Shown here piece by piece: positions 62,123 through 64,000 of a DNA stretch of 64,000 nt. This stretch comes from Marsupella aquatica (lineage: Eukaryota; Plantae; Marchantiophyta): positions 3,493,455 through 3,557,454 of the forward strand of contig OZ316899.1 in assembly GCA_973895155.1 (NCBI GenBank), read 5' to 3'. Below the pieces are notes generated by a model. That model had not been told where the DNA came from. It saw nothing but the letters and a program-made list of their open reading frames with translations, and made no database searches. The position numbers and the translations under genes are program-made. Within the stretch, counting starts at the first letter, position 1. The number at the start of each line of letters is the position of its first letter.

Positions 62123-64000
62123 TCACTCATTAACTGCCGTACCGGCGGCGTCACATAGCTCCCTGCTTAATTGTGAAGCATCCTCGCGAACATCACTCTC
62201 GGCGTCGTCATCTTGATGGTGGTACTTTTTTACACGATCGTAGCTGATTCGCGTGGGGAGTAAATCGCCGGCATACGTCGCAAGCTCCAAAGATCCGTTA
62301 CGGTAGATCTGATTGACAAGGAAGGGCCCTAACCACCGGGTATGAAGCTTCCCTGGAAACTGCATGTACCTACTATCGTACAGAAGGACTAGATCGCCTG
62401 CCACGACGTCGACCCTCCGTAGTCCTTTGTCGTGCTGCTTCTTCGAAGTTGCCTGTTTCTTCACGGCGTGTCGAGCTGCTAGTAGCCGTGCTTCTTCTAG
62501 GGCTTCAATCTGATAAGCTCGGTCTGACAAACTTTTAGGTTCGGGTAAGCGATCCCGAATGCTGACTCGTGGAGTGTGTACTTCAAACTCGACGGGTACC
62601 AACGAATGTTGGCCGAACACGAGAAAGTACGGGCTGTGACTCGTAGTAGTTTTGTAAGCGAGATTATACGAGTACACCGCTGCGTACAACTTATCATCCC
62701 AATCCGTTTTGTGCGCCGCTACCGTCTTGTTGAGGATTTTCCCAATGATACCATTGGCTCTCTCTGTCATCCCGTTGGCCTTAGGATGATACGGGGTAGT
62801 CTTGCGATGCTTGACTAGGTAACGCTCCATAAGCTGGGCTACGGTGTCATTGAGGAAGTGGGTTCCACGGTCGCTTACCAATTCTAAGGGTGGGCCGAAC
62901 CGGGTGAAAATCTGTTCATATAAGAACCTGGCGCTGGTTGCGGCGTCGTCCTTCACCGTAGCCCGTGCTTCGACCCACTTGGTGGAGTAATCAATAGCTA
63001 GCAGGATGTACCTGCATCTTTGTCTTCGGGTAACGGGAGTAAATGGCCCGATATAATCAATACCCCACTTTTCAAACGGTGCTAATGGAAGTACGGACGT
63101 GAGAGGGTGATGATGAGCTCGTCTCGGGGCCCCAGCCCGCTGACACAGGTCACAGCTCTTGATGAAGCGTTGTACATCCCGATGCAACGTAGGCCACCAA
63201 TATCCGGAGTCCAGAATCTTTCGGGCTGTTGTGATAGCCGTGAAATGGCCTCCAACTTCTTCTTCATGCAAGGCCCGCATCACGATAAGCGTCTCCTTAT
63301 ACTCCAAGCAGCGTCGTAACTTCCCATTAACTCCTTCCTTATGTAGGTGACCCTGTACCATGACGTAAGGCTCGGCTTTCCGTAGAAACACAGCGGCGGC
63401 TTCCTGATTGATGCCGTCAGGGATGCGGCCTGTCAAGAGGAAGGTGATAATTGAGCCGTACCACGTTGGCGTCCCCGCCCCTACGTGGAACAACTCCTCA
63501 TCCGGAAAAATATCATCAATTGGCTGATCAACTGGTACGCCGTCCAGCCTTGAAAAGAAGTCGGCATTGAGGTGTGCCTTTCCGGGCCGAACCCGAACTT
63601 CGTAGTTAAATTCCTGGAGAAGTAGCACCCACCGGGCTATCCATACCGTTACGTCCGCTTTGTTGACCATGTACTTCAGGCTATCATGATCCGTGTGGAA
63701 TATGACCTTGTAGCCTAGCAGATAGTGTCGGAACTTTTTACACGAGTAGATTATTCCCAGAGCTTCTCGATCAGTGGGGGAATAATTCTTTTCGGCTGTG
63801 AATAATTGACGGCTAGCGAAGTAGATGGGGTGGTCGCGTCCGTTCTCATCAAGCTGACTGAGCACGGATCCAATACAGAACCCTGACACATCGACATACA
63901 CGTGGAACTCCTTATTCCAGTCCGGAGTGACCATGATAGGTGCGGTGGTGAGTCTTTTACGGAGTTCTTCGAAAGCAATCCGTCTCCTGGGTGTCTCCTC
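62123..64000 (-). CDS. pol (RNase H and integrase) of A3, uninterrupted within the window
   Basis: YVDVSGFCIGSVL, HEEEVGGHF..CDLCQ, WGIDYIGPF, VSDRGTHF and NGMTERAN; clearly homologous to the pol of B. Confidence 0.93.
   Translation of the reverse strand, partial: EETPRRRIAFEELRKRLTTAPIMVTPDWNKEFHVYVDVSGFCIGSVLSQLDENGRDHPIYFASRQLFTAEKNYSPTDREALGIIYSCKKFRHYLLGYKVIFHTDHDSLKYMVNKADVTVWIARWVLLLQEFNYEVRVRPGKAHLNADFFSRLDGVPVDQPIDDIFPDEELFHVGAGTPTWYGSIITFLLTGRIPDGINQEAAAVFLRKAEPYVMVQGHLHKEGVNGKLRRCLEYKETLIVMRALHEEEVGGHFTAITTARKILDSGYWWPTLHRDVQRFIKSCDLCQRAGAPRRAHHHPLTSVLPLAPFEKWGIDYIGPFTPVTRRQRCRYILLAIDYSTKWVEARATVKDDAATSARFLYEQIFTRFGPPLELVSDRGTHFLNDTVAQLMERYLVKHRKTTPYHPKANGMTERANGIIGKILNKTVAAHKTDWDDKLYAAVYSYNLAYKTTTSHSPYFLVFGQHSLVPVEFEVHTPRVSIRDRLPEPKSLSDRAYQIEALEEARLLAARHAVKKQATSKKQHDKGLRRVDVVAGDLVLLYDSRYMQFPGKLHTRWLGPFLVNQIYRNGSLELATYAGDLLPTRISYDRVKKYHHQDDDAESDVREDASQLSRELCDAAGTAVNE

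Larger units (their letters stand above)
58141..62155 (-). repeat. 3' LTR of A3 (4015 bp)
   Basis: Colinear with A1 and with the reassembled A2. Confidence 0.92.
58141..64000 (-). mobile_element. Family-A gypsy element A3 (3' LTR plus pol; continues beyond the window)
   Basis: LTR 58141-62155 with TG/CA ends, PPT at 62156-62172, and an RH-INT ORF open to the window edge. Confidence 0.93.

Overview
This is eukaryotic, intron-containing (GT-AG), plant-like DNA made almost entirely of nested transposons; a non-seed-plant host such as a bryophyte is plausible but cannot be proven from the sequence. I found no host housekeeping gene, rRNA, tRNA gene or CRISPR array. From left to right: (1) a decayed CACTA/En-Spm element with a SET-domain fragment (1-~5650); (2) a minus-strand Ty3/gypsy element C whose polyprotein reads PR-[C5 DNA methyltransferase]-RT-RH-INT-PHD (~5700-13357), split by an unclassified 1.5-kb insertion; (3) a truncated ~4-kb-type LTR of family A (13358-~16574) carrying a 697-bp non-autonomous MULE; (4) a ~408-bp satellite; (5) a family-A solo LTR (18231-49217, TSD ATATA) that contains a full 27-kb gypsy element B (19768-46800, TSD CATAC, 4.7-kb LTRs), whose RT is interrupted by an 11.5-kb Mutator-like element (28416-39893, TSD GCAGTATT); (6) a probable second DNA transposon D (~49218-58140); (7) the 3' part of a third family-A element (58141 to the window end). 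Three things stand out. First, the MULE and element D each carry, divergent from their transposase-like gene, a multi-exon gene with a ParB/Srx-like domain joined to a different effector-like domain (N4/N6-MTase-like or FCP1-like phosphatase), and each is studded with its own palindromic DNA motif. Second, gypsy C carries a DNMT and a PHD finger inside pol. Third, families A and B have giant LTRs that each contain a homologous long ORF. All domain calls come from motif recognition by eye; no database searches were run.
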